From: Podarcis cretensis
Lineage: Eukaryota
Direction: 5' to 3'
NCBI GenBank assembly: GCA_951804945.1
Contig: OX638153.1
Span: forward strand, 20,708,001-20,772,000
DNA length: 64,000 bases
Below, one piece after another: positions 38,708 to 51,365 of the stretch (within the stretch, counting starts at the first letter, position 1; the number at the start of each line of letters is the position of its first letter). Made by a program: the position numbers and the translations under genes. Under the pieces are notes generated by a model. That model did not search any database. It had not been told where the DNA came from and saw only the letters and a program-made list of their open reading frames with translations.

Positions 38708-39013
38708 TCAAACCAATCCATTCTTAAGGAAATCAGCCCCGAGTGCTCACTGGAAGGACAGATCCTGAAGCTGAGACTTTGGCCACCTCATGAGAAGAGA
38801 AGATTCCCTGGAAAAGACCCTGATGTTGGGAAAGATGGAGGGCACAAGGAGAAGGGGACGACAGAAGATGAGATGGTTGGATAGTGTTCTCGAAGCTACC
38901 AGCATGAGTTTGACCAAACTGCGGGAGGCAGTGGAAGACAGGAGTGCTTGGGTTGCTCTGGTCCATGGGGTCACGAAGAGTCAGACACGACTGAACGACT
39001 AAACAACAACAAC
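38708..39013 (+). mobile_element. RTE-BovB LINE 3' fragment
   Basis: MRREDSLEKTLMLGKMEGTRRRGRQKMRWLDSV...; (CAA)n tail; highly similar to 29227-29541. Confidence 0.95.
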
Positions 39014-42000
39014 ATAATTCAGGTATAAATAAGTTACATAAAGACACCCCATCTTGATCCATAGACATTCAACTGAGATTTCAGCTTCCATTTATGTGAG
39101 GCTCTGAGTTATGTCTGATTTGTTCCAAGTTGAGTTGTTGGAGGTCTAGTGATGTTCTTACCATGTGTCTGAAATCAAAGGTGGAAAATTGCAGTACTTT
39201 CCTCTTTGGGGATTACATTCCATCATCTTTGCCATATCTTTGTAACACCGTCTGCTCTTAACATTACCGTACATTTCCGATGTACAGTGTTTTTTTGCCA
39301 GAGCTGGAGCAGAGCGCATGTTTTCCCTTGTTTTGCTGGAAACTACAGCAGATCAAAGATGCTTCATGTAATGATCATCAGTCTGCACAGAGTGTCTCTG
39401 TGTTACATATTAACCAGCTTTGATGCCTCTTTACATGAGGTCACAGCTTCCCAAATTAATTCTGTCACAGGAGAGGATTCATTAGATTCTTAATTGACTA
39501 TTTCCTTACAAACAAACAGGAAGGAACTTCTAGAAAACAAAGTAATTAAACAGTAAGCAATGCACATAAATCATATTTCTGAGCAAAAAAATGAAAAAAA
39601 AATACAGAATTTGTTGCACTTTGTACAAAGGGTGTTTTTGTTTGTTTGTTTGTTTGTTTGTTTTTTGGCAAGTATACCAGTGATAACCCAGGGTCCTCAG
39701 CCAATGTTTTTGAAGTTCAAGCTTGGTTTTTTAAGACAGGGGCTGAGCATCAATCTTGGCTGCAACTTCATGGGCATGGGGAATTTGTGGCTTTTTCTAC
39801 AGAGTTCTTTCCACCATGAAAATGTTTGCAGTTGATAAATGTAAAGTTGGATGTCTCATGCCAGTTTTAGACCTGTGGCACAAACTGATTGCATCAGTTT
39901 ACTTTGTGGATTGAAAAACAGAATTGTGCCTTCACAACCCCATTGAATGTTTGAAAAGGGAATAGCAGTTCTTCATAATGAAAGCACTTTCACGTGAGAG
40001 GTGCATAGTTATGTTCATCGCTCAGTTCTTTAGCAGTTTTCAGCCGCCAGCAGAGGCTTTCACTGATTTTTTTTCATATATAAAAGAGTAACGACATGAT
40101 ACTGTTCCAACTATGTTTTGAAAATAAGGAAAAGATTGAAAAAAGTACCTCCTGTATTGCCAGTTTTGTGTGAGGCAGTGGGGTAGTGCAAACACTTTTT
40201 ATTCCGCGCTTAGAGCTGAGCTGAATTTCCATGAGTTTTGATTTTTGTGTTTGATGGGGAGGAGGAAGTGCTTTTGGTGAAGTGTTACAAAAATTGCGCA
40301 ACGCTTAAAAGTGTTCCTACGCTTTGTCCAAGTGCTGAACATTAATCATAGCTCTGACAGCACTCTTCAAACTCACTGGAAGTCTGAGTTTCACCCAGAA
40401 AATATATTTAGTAGGGGCGTCTAACCTGTGGCCTTCCAGATGTTGTTGGACTCTATCACTCTATCAAGCCAACATGACTAATAGCCAGAGATGGGGGGAA
40501 CTGCAGTCTAACAAAATCTGGAGAAGCCACAGTTTAACCACTTCTGATATTTAGGGATTCTGCCTAAGATTTATCTCATTTGGGTCACAGAAGTTCCCTG
40601 AGTTCAGTCAGTCAAGTTCATGGACTGCACAGTTCTCTTGTTTCTAAGCTCAGATGTTTCCTTGTGCTGTGTTCTGTCAGATAACTAGACTCCAGAGACA
40701 GTTCCTTGGAACCTTAAAAAAAAAAAAGCTTTTGAAGGCTTTTGAATGCTGACCTCATGGACCTGGCTGCCTGAGACCCCTGGTGCCTTCTTTCACATGG
40801 GAGGTAGCTATAATGATGATTCTGAAACCAGTATCACTCCTGGGAGGTGAGGCACAGCTCTGAGGTAATGTGGGAGACAAGGCCCTAAGTACTATCATTT
40901 GAGCATAGCTTATGACATAGGGCACATGCCAGAGACCATCTTCAGGTAGGAACCATCTTTGGTAGATAGACCCGTTTTTAAAAGATGGCCTAAAGGAGGG
41001 TTGGAAATTGAAATAGTTGTAGATCTGGACCGCTGTATGATGGTGAGAACCTGCAGGCTGTTTTGCTCTTTTAGCTCTATCGTATCATCTTTAACTCAAT
41101 TACAAATACCCCACCAACTTTGGATATGCTTTTTTTAAAAAAAAAAATACATAAAAGTTGATAATGAATAGTAGTATCCTCTGTTCATATAGTGAGTACC
41201 TTTCTTGTTGAGTACCTGCAGCCCATCTGAACATATTTAGATTTTTGTTTTAAAAAGGAGTGCCCCATCTCCCTATACAACAAATCCAATCTAGGTTTTT
41301 CTTAGCAAAACAAACAAATTGCAGCATATAGCTTGCTGAGAGAACTCCTTAACTACCTTCAGATCTTGGGCTGGTATGACATACCTAACAGCCCCATCTC
41401 AATTTCACCACTGACTTGCTCCTATTAGAACAACATGATCCCATGTGCCATATTTTTGTAGGGACCCCCTTGTTTGATTCCTATGGTCAGCTTATATTTC
41501 AAAGTGACTGCGTTGCACTTAGGAAAAGTACAGTAGCGGCTAATTTGTATGACTTGATGTCTGTTGCTGCTGACTAAGAGAAAGGGGCAGGAAGCAGCAG
41601 CTTTGGGGGATAAGTATAAGTAGCACTACACTCCAATCTGGCTAACAAGTGATTCAGCTTCATCCCATGGTTTAGCTCAACAGGTAATTCTCTGTGAATT
41701 ACTGTTAATACAACTTTCACAGACAGTTAGCATTAATATTAAAGAACGAGAGGCAGATAATGCTTGAGAGTGTTTCCGTTTCCTTTTTCACTAATTGCAG
41801 TGTCGTATATTATATCGTCAGTTACACACTTAAGAGAGATTCCCTAGCAAGGTATGTGAAGTCTCTGGGGAGATAGCATTGCTGTATTTATTCATGAAGA
41901 TACAAATAATCACTTCAGACTGGGGCTGAAATGGTAGAAAGAGAACCCCAACACAGTGCTTCTCAGATCCTTCTTCTACTTTCCCCCTCTCTCTTGTTAT

Positions 42001-45000
42001 TCAAAGTCTCACCAGATGTTCATCCCAACCAGCCCTATGCCCTTGCCTTGCCTTGCCTTGCCCCATATATGAAGGTGAGGCTTAGCAGTTACATGGAATT
42101 GTGACATCGTAATAATGCTGTCTGTGTCATCAGTGAACCTGGAGAGAGGTGTGTGAAGGTGATGGTTCAGTTACTTCATATGTGATTATCATTTGTTGAA
42201 TGCAGAGTCAACTGGAGACTTTTGTTTGTGTGAATGAGCCCATTAGAGACCAAGCAACACAGATGGAAGAATTCTGTACCCTATGGAAAAGAAAAGAAAA
42301 AAGGTAGCTGTGAATTATGGTAACAGGGAGTAGACAGTGACTATTTCTGGGATGCCAAATTGTCATCTTCTGGGAGCACTTATTCTGCCTTTGGATGCCC
42401 CGTTGCAAATGTCGGTGGAAAAGGGTGGTGGTGGGCTGTGCTTATGTTTGAGTGGGCTCAAAGACCAACCTAGCAGTCTGCCCAAATCTTTTTTCAATAC
42501 TGGTCATCATCACAGGGGGAGATTTAAACCAAGCCCTCCATTCTGAATCAAGTGCTCTATTCTTACTCTCTCCCCTTGAAGTAGCATTGAATATAATATT
42601 ATTAGAGTTGCACACAAGAAGAGCATTCACAGCCACGCACCATTTTGTGTGAGTAGTCTTTCCCCCTCCTGTTGGATTGGACCATCATTTTTACACCTCA
42701 TGAAATTTGGTAACAGGACATGTGCACGTTGCATTCTGACGCACACTTAAAGGTGACCAGTGGGGTGGGTGAAATCTTGCTTTCCCACTGTGAATGGGGG
42801 GCGGGGGGACGACAACATAATTAAGTACTTGTAAGGAATAAATCCTACACAAATCCAGAGTGGAGTCCCTACGACGGTTGGATGGCACCTTCTGCCCCTC
42901 CTTCCGGCAACTCCTGCAGCCAAGTATTGTTCTGCGTTCCTTTGGACCACATCAACAAGGCCAAGGGGGGTGGGTCTTGTTGTTTGGGCAGCCCAGGAAC
43001 TCAATACACACTGCGCAGACTTGTGCCCTGGGGAAGTCACTTCAGTGCTGCTAACACAGTGGTTTTGACTTCACCCCTGGAGGCATACGCCATTGTCTCT
43101 CGAGACAGATGGATGCCAACAACTTGTAGTATGCTCATAAGAGACTCCTTAGTTATATGTGCTGAATTATTTCAGTACTGGGAGCATATTCAAGAGTAAA
43201 GTAAATATATATTCTGTATTTATGTGCAAAGCAGTGTTTTGGAAGATTGAACATCGCTTTGTAGACAAAAAAAAAACCCTTCTGCTACCTCATTTTCTGC
43301 ATAAGCTCAAGGAAGCAGATAGGAAATCAATTTTGTGGGGGATTCCCTTCAGAGACCGCCAACAACTCATGCCTGCCCACTTCCATGATTTTATGCTAGG
43401 ATAGTGAAACATCAAGTAGTTAAATATTTGCAATTGAACAACTGTCAATCATCATTAATAACTGTAGCCATCTTAAGAACTCTCGCTTCCACCACCGCTC
43501 TGATTGATTACTGAAATATGATACTTAACCACAAATAGTGGGTTATTAATAGCAAGCATCATGTTTGTCTGGTAACCTCGTTATCTTTTCTATGTGTTAA
43601 AAAGAGAGAGAGCCCCAGCTACACAATCAGAATAAATAAGGATATAATTAATAACACGACCTGTTATCCATAAGATGTGGTGAAATCCTAGGGATAAGAA
43701 ATGGAACTTGTTATTCTGTGATAGAAATGCTGTTCTCTGAAAATACAGCAAATGCAGTTTAAATAAGTGTCATAAAGAGGCCTTGTTTGCACAGTGTAAA
43801 GTATATAATTAGGGGGAAATCTTTTGCCTCCTAGTTTGTAACCAAGATTCTCTCCCCCCCCCCACCGCAGTAACTGAAACCACCGGTTAAGCCTGGTTTT
43901 GTGAGCTTGACAAGTTTTTTGGTGGGAAAAAATTATCAAATGAAAACTGAAGAAAAAAATAAAAGACTAGAAATAACAGAAACAAATCGTAATCAATAAA
44001 CATTTCTAAAATAAGTTGTCATTTCAGGCCAATATTCACTCAGTGTTCATTTAGAAGCAAATGACTGAAGAGATCCCTGATAGACTCAGCCAATGAAGGT
44101 TTTCTTTCAGCTTCATATTTAATTACCTCCTGTCTCTCTCTCTGTGTGTGTTTATTTATTTATAATATTTCATATTGACAAATGATGCAAATAAATTGTG
44201 TACATAAGTACGATAATTTAGTTTGCCCCAAGTAATTAATTTTTCAGAGCACTTGTACCCCACTCTGCAGCCTGGAAAACTTCATGCACAGCTTACAAAT
44301 CAATGCAAATATCAAAAGCCAGCCCTCAGGCTTGGTTTACTCTTGTTTTTTAAATGTTTGTTTTTGTAAGCTGATTTGAATCCATCTTTTTGCAGAGGGA
44401 CACTCACGGTAAAGACCCATATCTAGATATAAAAAAGTGTGACAAAATAATAATTACCATCAGTTGCCCCACCCCCAATGCCTTTCTGCTTCAACCTAAC
44501 TGACTGCTGTTAGGAGGAGGGTGGAGACTTCATGATGCCCTATTTCTATGAATGCTTATTTCACAGAAAAGAAGCGGGGCTTGATATGGGGTTGCAGTCA
44601 GTATACACATCATAAGATGCTGGTCAGGAGGTGATTTGGGGATGGAATTACCTTACTTGCAATGTGCCGCAGCAGGGAAAGCAACAGCAGGCCAACATAT
44701 TAATTGCTTTTTAAAGCCACAAACCCCACCCTCCTTGTCTTTTGTTAAGACTCCCACTCCAAACAGAATCGTGCACCCAGGCATCTTATTACTTCTTTGG
44801 AATTTAATTTATGGAACAGGGTAATGATCATTGATGACTGGGGCAAGCAATTGAACAGGAAATGATTTTGGAGCGGGATCCGGGTGGGCAATTAATCGGG
44901 GGTAACTTAATTGGATAGGTCCTTATTAATTTGGGGTTATCTGGGGCAGGGTGTGAATTAATTGAATACTGCAATTGATTTGTGCTGATCTGAATGGAAA

Positions 45001-45290
45001 TTAATTGGCTTGCCTTCTGTGAAAGTTAAATTGCGGCAATGGTTTCTAAATTTGCACCTGTACATGTAAAGTAGTGCATGTACATCTATGTCATGTTTTG
45101 CCCTCTTTTTTGACAGCCTGAGAGGAAAGAGGTGGGGGAGAGACAAGGATGCCAAAGGGTGAATGTGGGCAAATGCAGCTGCATGCATTTGTCACTTTGT
45201 TACAGTTTGGGATAATGATTAAGAGATTAAGCGATTAAGCTTGGGATGGGGAACTTTTTTTTCAATCTGAGACTGTATATTCCCTTTTGG

Positions 45291-45652
45291 TCTAAACCAC
45301 TGAGCCTCTTGGGCTTGCCAATCAGAAGGTTGGCAGTTTAAATCTCTGTGATGGGGTGAGCTCCCATTGCTCTGTCCCAGCTCCTGCAACCTAGCAGTTT
45401 GAAAACAGGCCAGTGCAAGTAGATAAATAGGTACTATTGTGGCAGGAAGGTAAACGGCATTTCCATGCACTCTGGTTTCCACCATGGTGTTCCATTCTGC
45501 CAGAAGCAGTTTAGTCCTGCTGGCCACATAACCCAGAAAACTGTCTGTGGACAAACTCTGGCCCCCTTGGCCTGAAAGCGAGATGAGTGCCACAACCCCA
45601 TAGTCGCCTTTGACTGGACTTAACCGTCCAGGGGTCCTTTACCTTTTACCTT
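45291..45652 (+). mobile_element. Sauria SINE (5'-truncated)
   Basis: Core aacctagcagtttgaaa...gcaagtagataaataggtac; (ACCTTT)n tail; 13-bp TSD TATTCCCTTTTGG at 45278-45290 and 45653-45665. Confidence 0.9.
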
Positions 45653-45918
45653 TATTCCCTTTTGGGCACCACAAGCCAGTGGCGGGTGGGGGCCAGAGTC
45701 AAAGTGAGTGAAACAATGAATTTACCTTTTACAGTACGGTAGTCTTTACACACACACAAACCACAAGCATTGACGTGAGAGTGCAAGGACCCTCAAGGAA
45801 GGGTGTGAAGGAAGGGCAATGAGAGGCATGACCTGGGAAGAGGCCCCTTGCAAGAAAGGTAGATTTTGAGGAGAGATCCATGCCATAGGGGTAGCAAGAG
45901 AAAATGGGTAGAGCCATA

Positions 45919-46144
45919 CAGTGGTACCTCGGGTTACAGGCGCTTCAGGTTACAGACTTTGCTAGCCCAGAAATAGTACCTTGGGTTAAGAACTTTGCTT
46001 CAGGATGAGAACAGAAATTGTGTGGCAGTGGCACGGCGACAGCAAGAGGCCCCATTAGCTAAAGTGGTACCTCAGATTAAGAACAGTTTCAGGTTAAGAA
46101 CAGACCTCCAGAATGAATTAAGTTCTTAACCCGAGGTACCACTG
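45919..46144 (+). mobile_element. Tc1/mariner-pogo MITE, family A copy 5
   Basis: Perfect TIR cagtggtacctcgggtta / taacccgaggtaccactg, TA TSD. Confidence 0.92.
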
Positions 46145-46171
46145 TACTTGTGATAAGTAAATTGCTAGTTG

Positions 46172-46529
46172 GAAGGGACGCAGGTGGCGCTGTGGGTTAA
46201 ACCACAGAGCCTAGGACTTGCTGATCAGAAGATCAGAAGTTTGAATCCCTGTGACGGGGTGAGTTCCCGTTGCTCGGTCCCTGCTCCTGCCAACCTAGCA
46301 GTTCAGCAGCACGTCAAAGTGCAAGTAGATAAATAGGTACCGCTCTGGCGGGAAGGTAAACAGCATTTCCGTGCACTGCTCTGGTTCGCCAGAAGTGGCT
46401 TAGTCATGCTGGCCACATGACCCGGAAGCTGTACGCCGGCTCCCTCGGCCAATAAAGCGAGATGAGTGCCGCAACCCCAGTCGGCCATGACTGGACCTAA
46501 TGGTCAGGGGTCCCTTTACCTTTACCTTT
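46172..46529 (+). mobile_element. Sauria SINE (full length)
   Basis: gggacgcaggtggcgctgtgggttaaaccac head, conserved core, (ACCTTT)n tail; 11-bp TSD ATTGCTAGTTG at 46161-46171 and 46530-46540. Confidence 0.92.
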
Positions 46530-46885
46530 ATTGCTAGTTGATTTAAGACATGAAAAAATGGGTGCCTTTTAAGTTTGATTCGTGAGAAAAACTCCACAGA
46601 GTAGTGAGGTGCAAAATAAAATGGCAGCAATAAATTATTGAGGAAAGGTGGAAAACAACAAGGGCATTCTCTTGGGAGCTGTTAGTTTTCATTTTGCAAC
46701 TTGTCAGACCCTTCAGCAAGAAATTATTAATAAATGTTCACCTCCTTTATTACTGTCCTAGATTATCAGTTTAATGTACGATACATTAGAACAAATCACA
46801 AAGGTAGCCGTAAATCGTGCTACAGTGATTCATTGCTAGATCTGGCGGTGGTCTTGTGAATCATGACCATATTTCAAAGGAATTA

Positions 46886-47345
46886 CCGTATTTTTCGCCC
46901 TATAGGACGCACCGTCCCATAAGGCGCACCTAGTTTTTTGGGGGGGGAAATAAAGGGGAAAAAATTATTTCCCCCCCAGGCGCGGGGCTGGGGCGGGGGA
47001 GGCCCGAGCTTCCCCTGACCCCAGTCCCCAAACAGGCAGCTCTCTGCAAGCTGTGGGAGCCCAGGGCTGGCTCCCGCCGCTTGCGGAGAGGTCCGCGAAG
47101 CCTGTACGCGCTGAGCTCAGTGCGCGCAGGCTTCGGCATGCAGGCACCTCTCCACAAGCAGCGGGAGCGCTCCGCTGCTTGCGGAGAGGTCCGCGAAGCC
47201 TAGAGAACGAGAGGGGTCTGTGCGCACCGACCCCTCTCGCTCTCCAGGCTTCAGCGAAAGCCTGCATTCGCCCCGTAGGACGCACACACATTTCCCCTTC
47301 ATTTTTTGAGGGGAAAAAGTGCGTCCTATAGGGCGAAAAATATGG
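46886..47345. mobile_element. young CpG-rich Tc2/pogo-type MITE (460 bp)
   Basis: 27-bp TIR ccgtatttttcgccctataggacgcac (26/27 match to the right end), TA TSD, internal direct repeat gcttgcggagaggtccgcgaagcct. Confidence 0.9.
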
Positions 47346-48304
47346 TATGTAATGTTTCCAAATAGAAATGCGTACCTGCAATGCACAGCATTCTGTCGGG
47401 TCTTGGATTAAGCAAGTCCAACAATAAGAGATAGCTAAAAGTGCAGTCCTGTGTTTGTCTATTCAGAAGGAAGTGGGTATACACTGTACTTTGTATGTGG
47501 ACAAGAGCTGAAGTAGTGGGCTCTAATTTAAGGAATGCTGCAGCTAAAGAAACTTTAGCCTGGTTGTTTGTTAGCTGCTTTGGAAAGAGATGCCTATTAG
47601 GCAAAAAAGCTGCTGGCTTTTCAATGTACCACCTTTCTTGGCACCATAGTTAGAATTCTATGTATACTAGGGGTAGGGAATTATTATTTCTACCCAGAGA
47701 GCTTCATTCCTTTCCAGGGGATGGGTGGGGTGGGGGACACCGGCTAGGGCTGGGTAAGGCCAGAGACAAAAGTGAGCAGAACAACTAGCACAAATTTTAG
47801 CTTTGAATAGTAGCCTAGTTCTTAACACACTCTCACACCCCTTTCTGTCCTCCACACAGGCAAGGAAGAGCCATTAGTTCAAGGATGCATTCCAGCCAGG
47901 CAAAAACACTCAAACAGGGTCAGTGAAGGTTCCTGGCTTGGAAGAGGGGTTATGGATGAGGAGAGTTTAGAGGGTCAGATATAGAGAGGCCTGAGGTTCT
48001 CCATGCCTGACATATACCACAATGTCATAGATGATGTCACTGTTTTCAGGGTGTCTGGGATGTTGAAATTAAGGATGCTCATTAGGAGCAACTCTTAGAC
48101 TCAGGCATCTCTGGTCACCTTGCATCTAGCTTTGTGTTCATTGAAGGGAAAGGGAATTTATGGGGGAAGACAAACAAATACCGCACGATGTTCATATTAG
48201 CCTATGGACCTAGGGAGAGAGGTTGCAAAAAACACGAGTTCAGAGAGAAAGCACTTAAGAGGGTTCAGATGCAAGTTGTGTGATGTAAACGGTATGGTGT
48301 GATC

Positions 48305-48495
48305 CCAGTGTAGTGTATTGATTAGAGTGTTGAACTAGGACCTTGGAAGATCAAGGTCCCTGCTCAGTCATAAAGCCCACTGGGTGAACTTGGGCCAGTC
48401 GCAGTCTCTCAGCCTAACTTGCCTCATGTGATGGTTGTGAAAATAAAATGGAGAGGCAGGAGAACCATGTGTTGAGCTCCTTGGAAGAAGCTCAA
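48305..48495 (+). mobile_element. ancient MIR-like / L2-tailed SINE
   Basis: gtgtagtg...ttagagtgttgaactag...ctgggtgaacttgggccagtc.cagtctctcagcctaac...ggttgtgaaaataaaatgg is a core-SINE pattern. Confidence 0.6.
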
Positions 48496-49749
48496 ACCTT
48501 GTATTAATTTAATAATAAAAATAAATGGTGTGAAGATCTCAGAATCAGCACAGTAGAGTTTTACCGCCCCCCAGGTAATGTGGTGAGTGAAGAGCACTGA
48601 TGCGGACAGGGAGTATGGGACTAACAAGAGTCTCTGATGTGGGACCATAAAGACTTTTCCTTGCCCTGGGTGGGGTGAATCCCAGTACCTGCATTTCTTA
48701 GAAAATATGTTTGTGGAAAATATTGTTTTAGCAGCAGAACAAATCTTGCAGGACGCCTCTGCCTTGCTTTCCAAGCATAGGTTTAAATTGCAGTGCTGTT
48801 GGCTCAAGTTAGATTGCAGTGCCATAGTTCCTGATGTAATGTATTGTATTATTTCATATTTGTCAGTTTGTTTCCTTTATATGAAGCAGAGAAGCATCTG
48901 AGAGTTCAGGTATCAATGCTTTTGACATCTACACTCCTGGCCCTGGATCCATTCAGACCAAACGAAATAACTGCATAAAGCAAGCCTCCTTTGTTGCATA
49001 TTTTACAGCTCCATACCTGCCTTTATCAGTGCTCCTTCTTTAACAGTTGTAGACCTGTTCAGATTTGTGAACAATGTGGAAAGGCAGCTGTCTGAGGGAA
49101 GGAAATATAGAACCACACTTCAGAGCTGCCTGCTGAGAATGAAACTGTAGGAAATGGGTTCTGATTAAGCTCTAATTAAATAAAGTGCTTAGTAGTACCA
49201 GGAAGGGAAATAAAAAATGGTACTGAGAGTGATCCGTTGCTTTCAGCATAGACTTGATTAAAAAAACATTTTGACCTTTTCTGTGCAGTTTTATTGCATA
49301 TGATTTTGAAATTACTGTTAAATCAGTTTAGGTCTATAGTGTAGGTATGTCAAATAGGTCAGTGTTGATTTGATACAGTGTGGGTTCATGCATTAGCCAC
49401 TGGAAGAAGAGTGTTCACAGGAAAATTGCTTGAAAATTAAGAAAGGTTTAATATAAGGGAGGTGTTTGGGATGGATAAATGACTCCAGAGGGCAAGTGGT
49501 TAGTTATGGGCAGCTGAGATTGATCAGCTAATTTGTCCCCCCCCCCCTTTCTGTTTTTAAAATGTTATCATTTAGATTGCATGTGCCATTCCGCCCCCAT
49601 ACATTTTTTAAAAAATGTCCATTTTAACAATAAAGTACAGCAACTTAAATTAGCAAAGAGAGTGAACCAATATGACCACCAGTGCTTGCTTTATTATGAT
49701 ATGGATAAACGTAGTTAATAAAAACATTTGTAGAGGATTAACACAATAA

Positions 49750-50107
49750 GGGACTTGGGTGGTGATATGGTCTAAACCACAAAGCCTAGGGCTTGCCGAT
49801 CAGAAGGTCGACGGTTTGAATCCCTACAACGGGGTGAGCGCCCGTTGCTCGGTCCCTGCTCCTGCCCACCTAGCAGTTCAAAAGCACATCAAAGTACAAG
49901 TAGATAAATAGGTGCCGCTCTAGTGGGAAGGTAAACGCTGTTTCTGTGTGCTGTTCTGGTTCACCAGAAGTGGCTTGGTCATGCTGGCCACATGACCTGG
50001 AAGCTGTCTGTGGACAAACGCTGGCTCCCTCAGCCTATAGAGCCAGATGAGTGTGCAACCTGAGTCGTCTGCAACTGGACCTGACGGTCAGGGGTACCTT
50101 TACCTTT
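49750..50107 (+). mobile_element. Sauria SINE
   Basis: Homologous to the 46172 copy; imperfect TSD ttaacacaat / ttaacataat. Confidence 0.9.
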
Positions 50108-50529
50108 TTAACATAATCCACAAACATAAACATTGCATCAGCTCTAGAAGGGAATGCAATGAGTTGCTGGAGAGCCAAATTCTCTGTGCTACATGGAATA
50201 TGGAGGTAACATCTTCTCCTTCACCTGAGGCTGCAACATGTCTTGGGTTGTCCACATTGACTGCTGATATCTGACTATTGCACAGTTCAAGATAATAACA
50301 TATTTAAAACCAGTTATGGCTATAAAATTTAAGAATAAGAACATACTCATATTCACATATCACCACTTTCTAAGTATTAGGCCCATCTAGGCATATGAAG
50401 CAAATGTATACCAAACTGCCCTTTTTTACAAAACCAGTTTGGCAGATCAGTTTCTACACCATTGCTTTCCTTTCGCATTTTATTGAGCAATGGATTGAAC
50501 CACACGGCAGCTGGTACTGCTTTTTAATT

Positions 50530-50890
50530 TTTTTAGGCTTTTAATGCCCTGCCCTTCAAGATATTTCCAGAATAGCTCCCAATGCAAAAATGTGATACAA
50601 CGATGCTGAAATTAACAAGCATTACGAAGCAAGTTGACCAGATGACATCCAAAATGAAAACAGAGATTGAAAAGGCCTAAGAAAATTTAAAAAAGGCTTC
50701 ACCTGGTGTCAAAAAAGGCAGTAAACTTAGCCACAGCTGAAGCTTCCTGGGGAGCGAGTTCCAAACCTGGAATGTGACTCCATAGAAGGCCCCTGTGTTC
50801 AGTCACCACCTACCAGATGGGGGTGGGATCTGTAAAAACTTCTGAAGCAGATCTCAGTATGGAGGCAGGTATTTGAGGGAAGAGGTAGTT
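50530..50890 (-). mobile_element. L2 LINE 3' fragment (old)
   Basis: aaaaggcct...cttcacctgg.gtc.aaaa...ggggagcgagttccaaacctgg...gaaggccc pattern typical of a reversed L2 3' ORF/UTR. Confidence 0.5.
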
Positions 50891-51044
50891 AATCTAGCAT
50901 AATCAACCAAAGAACCAGCTGGACAAATATATCTCTTGAAAGTTACAGAAGGGAAGTGTGTTGCCTTTGCAAAGTGCTTTTTAAAAAAAAAGTCCACCTA
51001 GTCATTGTACATATTGCATTCCTTCATTTCTGTATCTTTTCCAG

Positions 51045-51296
51045 TTGCCTTTGGCCTCTACTTTCCCCGGAGGGAATATCATGAGAACGTCTACCTTGAC
51101 CAACCCAGCGGAACCCCCCTGCTGCAGATCCATGCCTTGAAAGATTCGGAGGAGGAGAATACATATTTTTGGCTGTGCCCACAGCTCCATATCCCACGAG
51201 CTGGAAGTAAAGACAATCTTTGGTTTCAAATCCAAGAGAAAACTGGACTTCTTTTCCTCAATAAGAGCCTAGATAGGGAAGACTTCGATATGCTGT
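51045..51296 (+). CDS. RET: RET exon 2 (end of signal peptide + cadherin-like domain 1)
   Basis: Translates VAFGLYFPRREYHENVYLDQPSGTPLLQIHALKD...WFQIQEKTGLLFLNKSLDREDFDML, clearly RET CLD1 (human [34 protein letters not shown]). Acceptor tatcttttccag at 51044, donor T|GTAAGT at 51297; 252 nt, phase 1/1. Confidence 0.96.
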
Positions 51297-51329
51297 GTAA
51301 GTCATGCAGATGAAGCAGGTGCCCTCATT

Positions 51330-51333
<4 letters not shown>

Positions 51334-51365
<32 letters not shown>

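Larger units (their letters stand above)
6684..51044 (+). other. RET: RET intron 1 (44,361 nt)
   Basis: GTAAGT...CAG between phase-compatible exons 1 and 2; no additional RET-like coding sequence recognised inside. Confidence 0.85.

Noticed and set aside
40021-40040. CTCF-like sites (40025, 56866, 6025)
   Set aside because: Each deviates from the core consensus by a gap or several mismatches; not supportable without a PWM scan or ChIP data.
46930-47386. GC-rich ORFs / second promoter CpG island
   Set aside because: Entirely within a TIR-bounded MITE.
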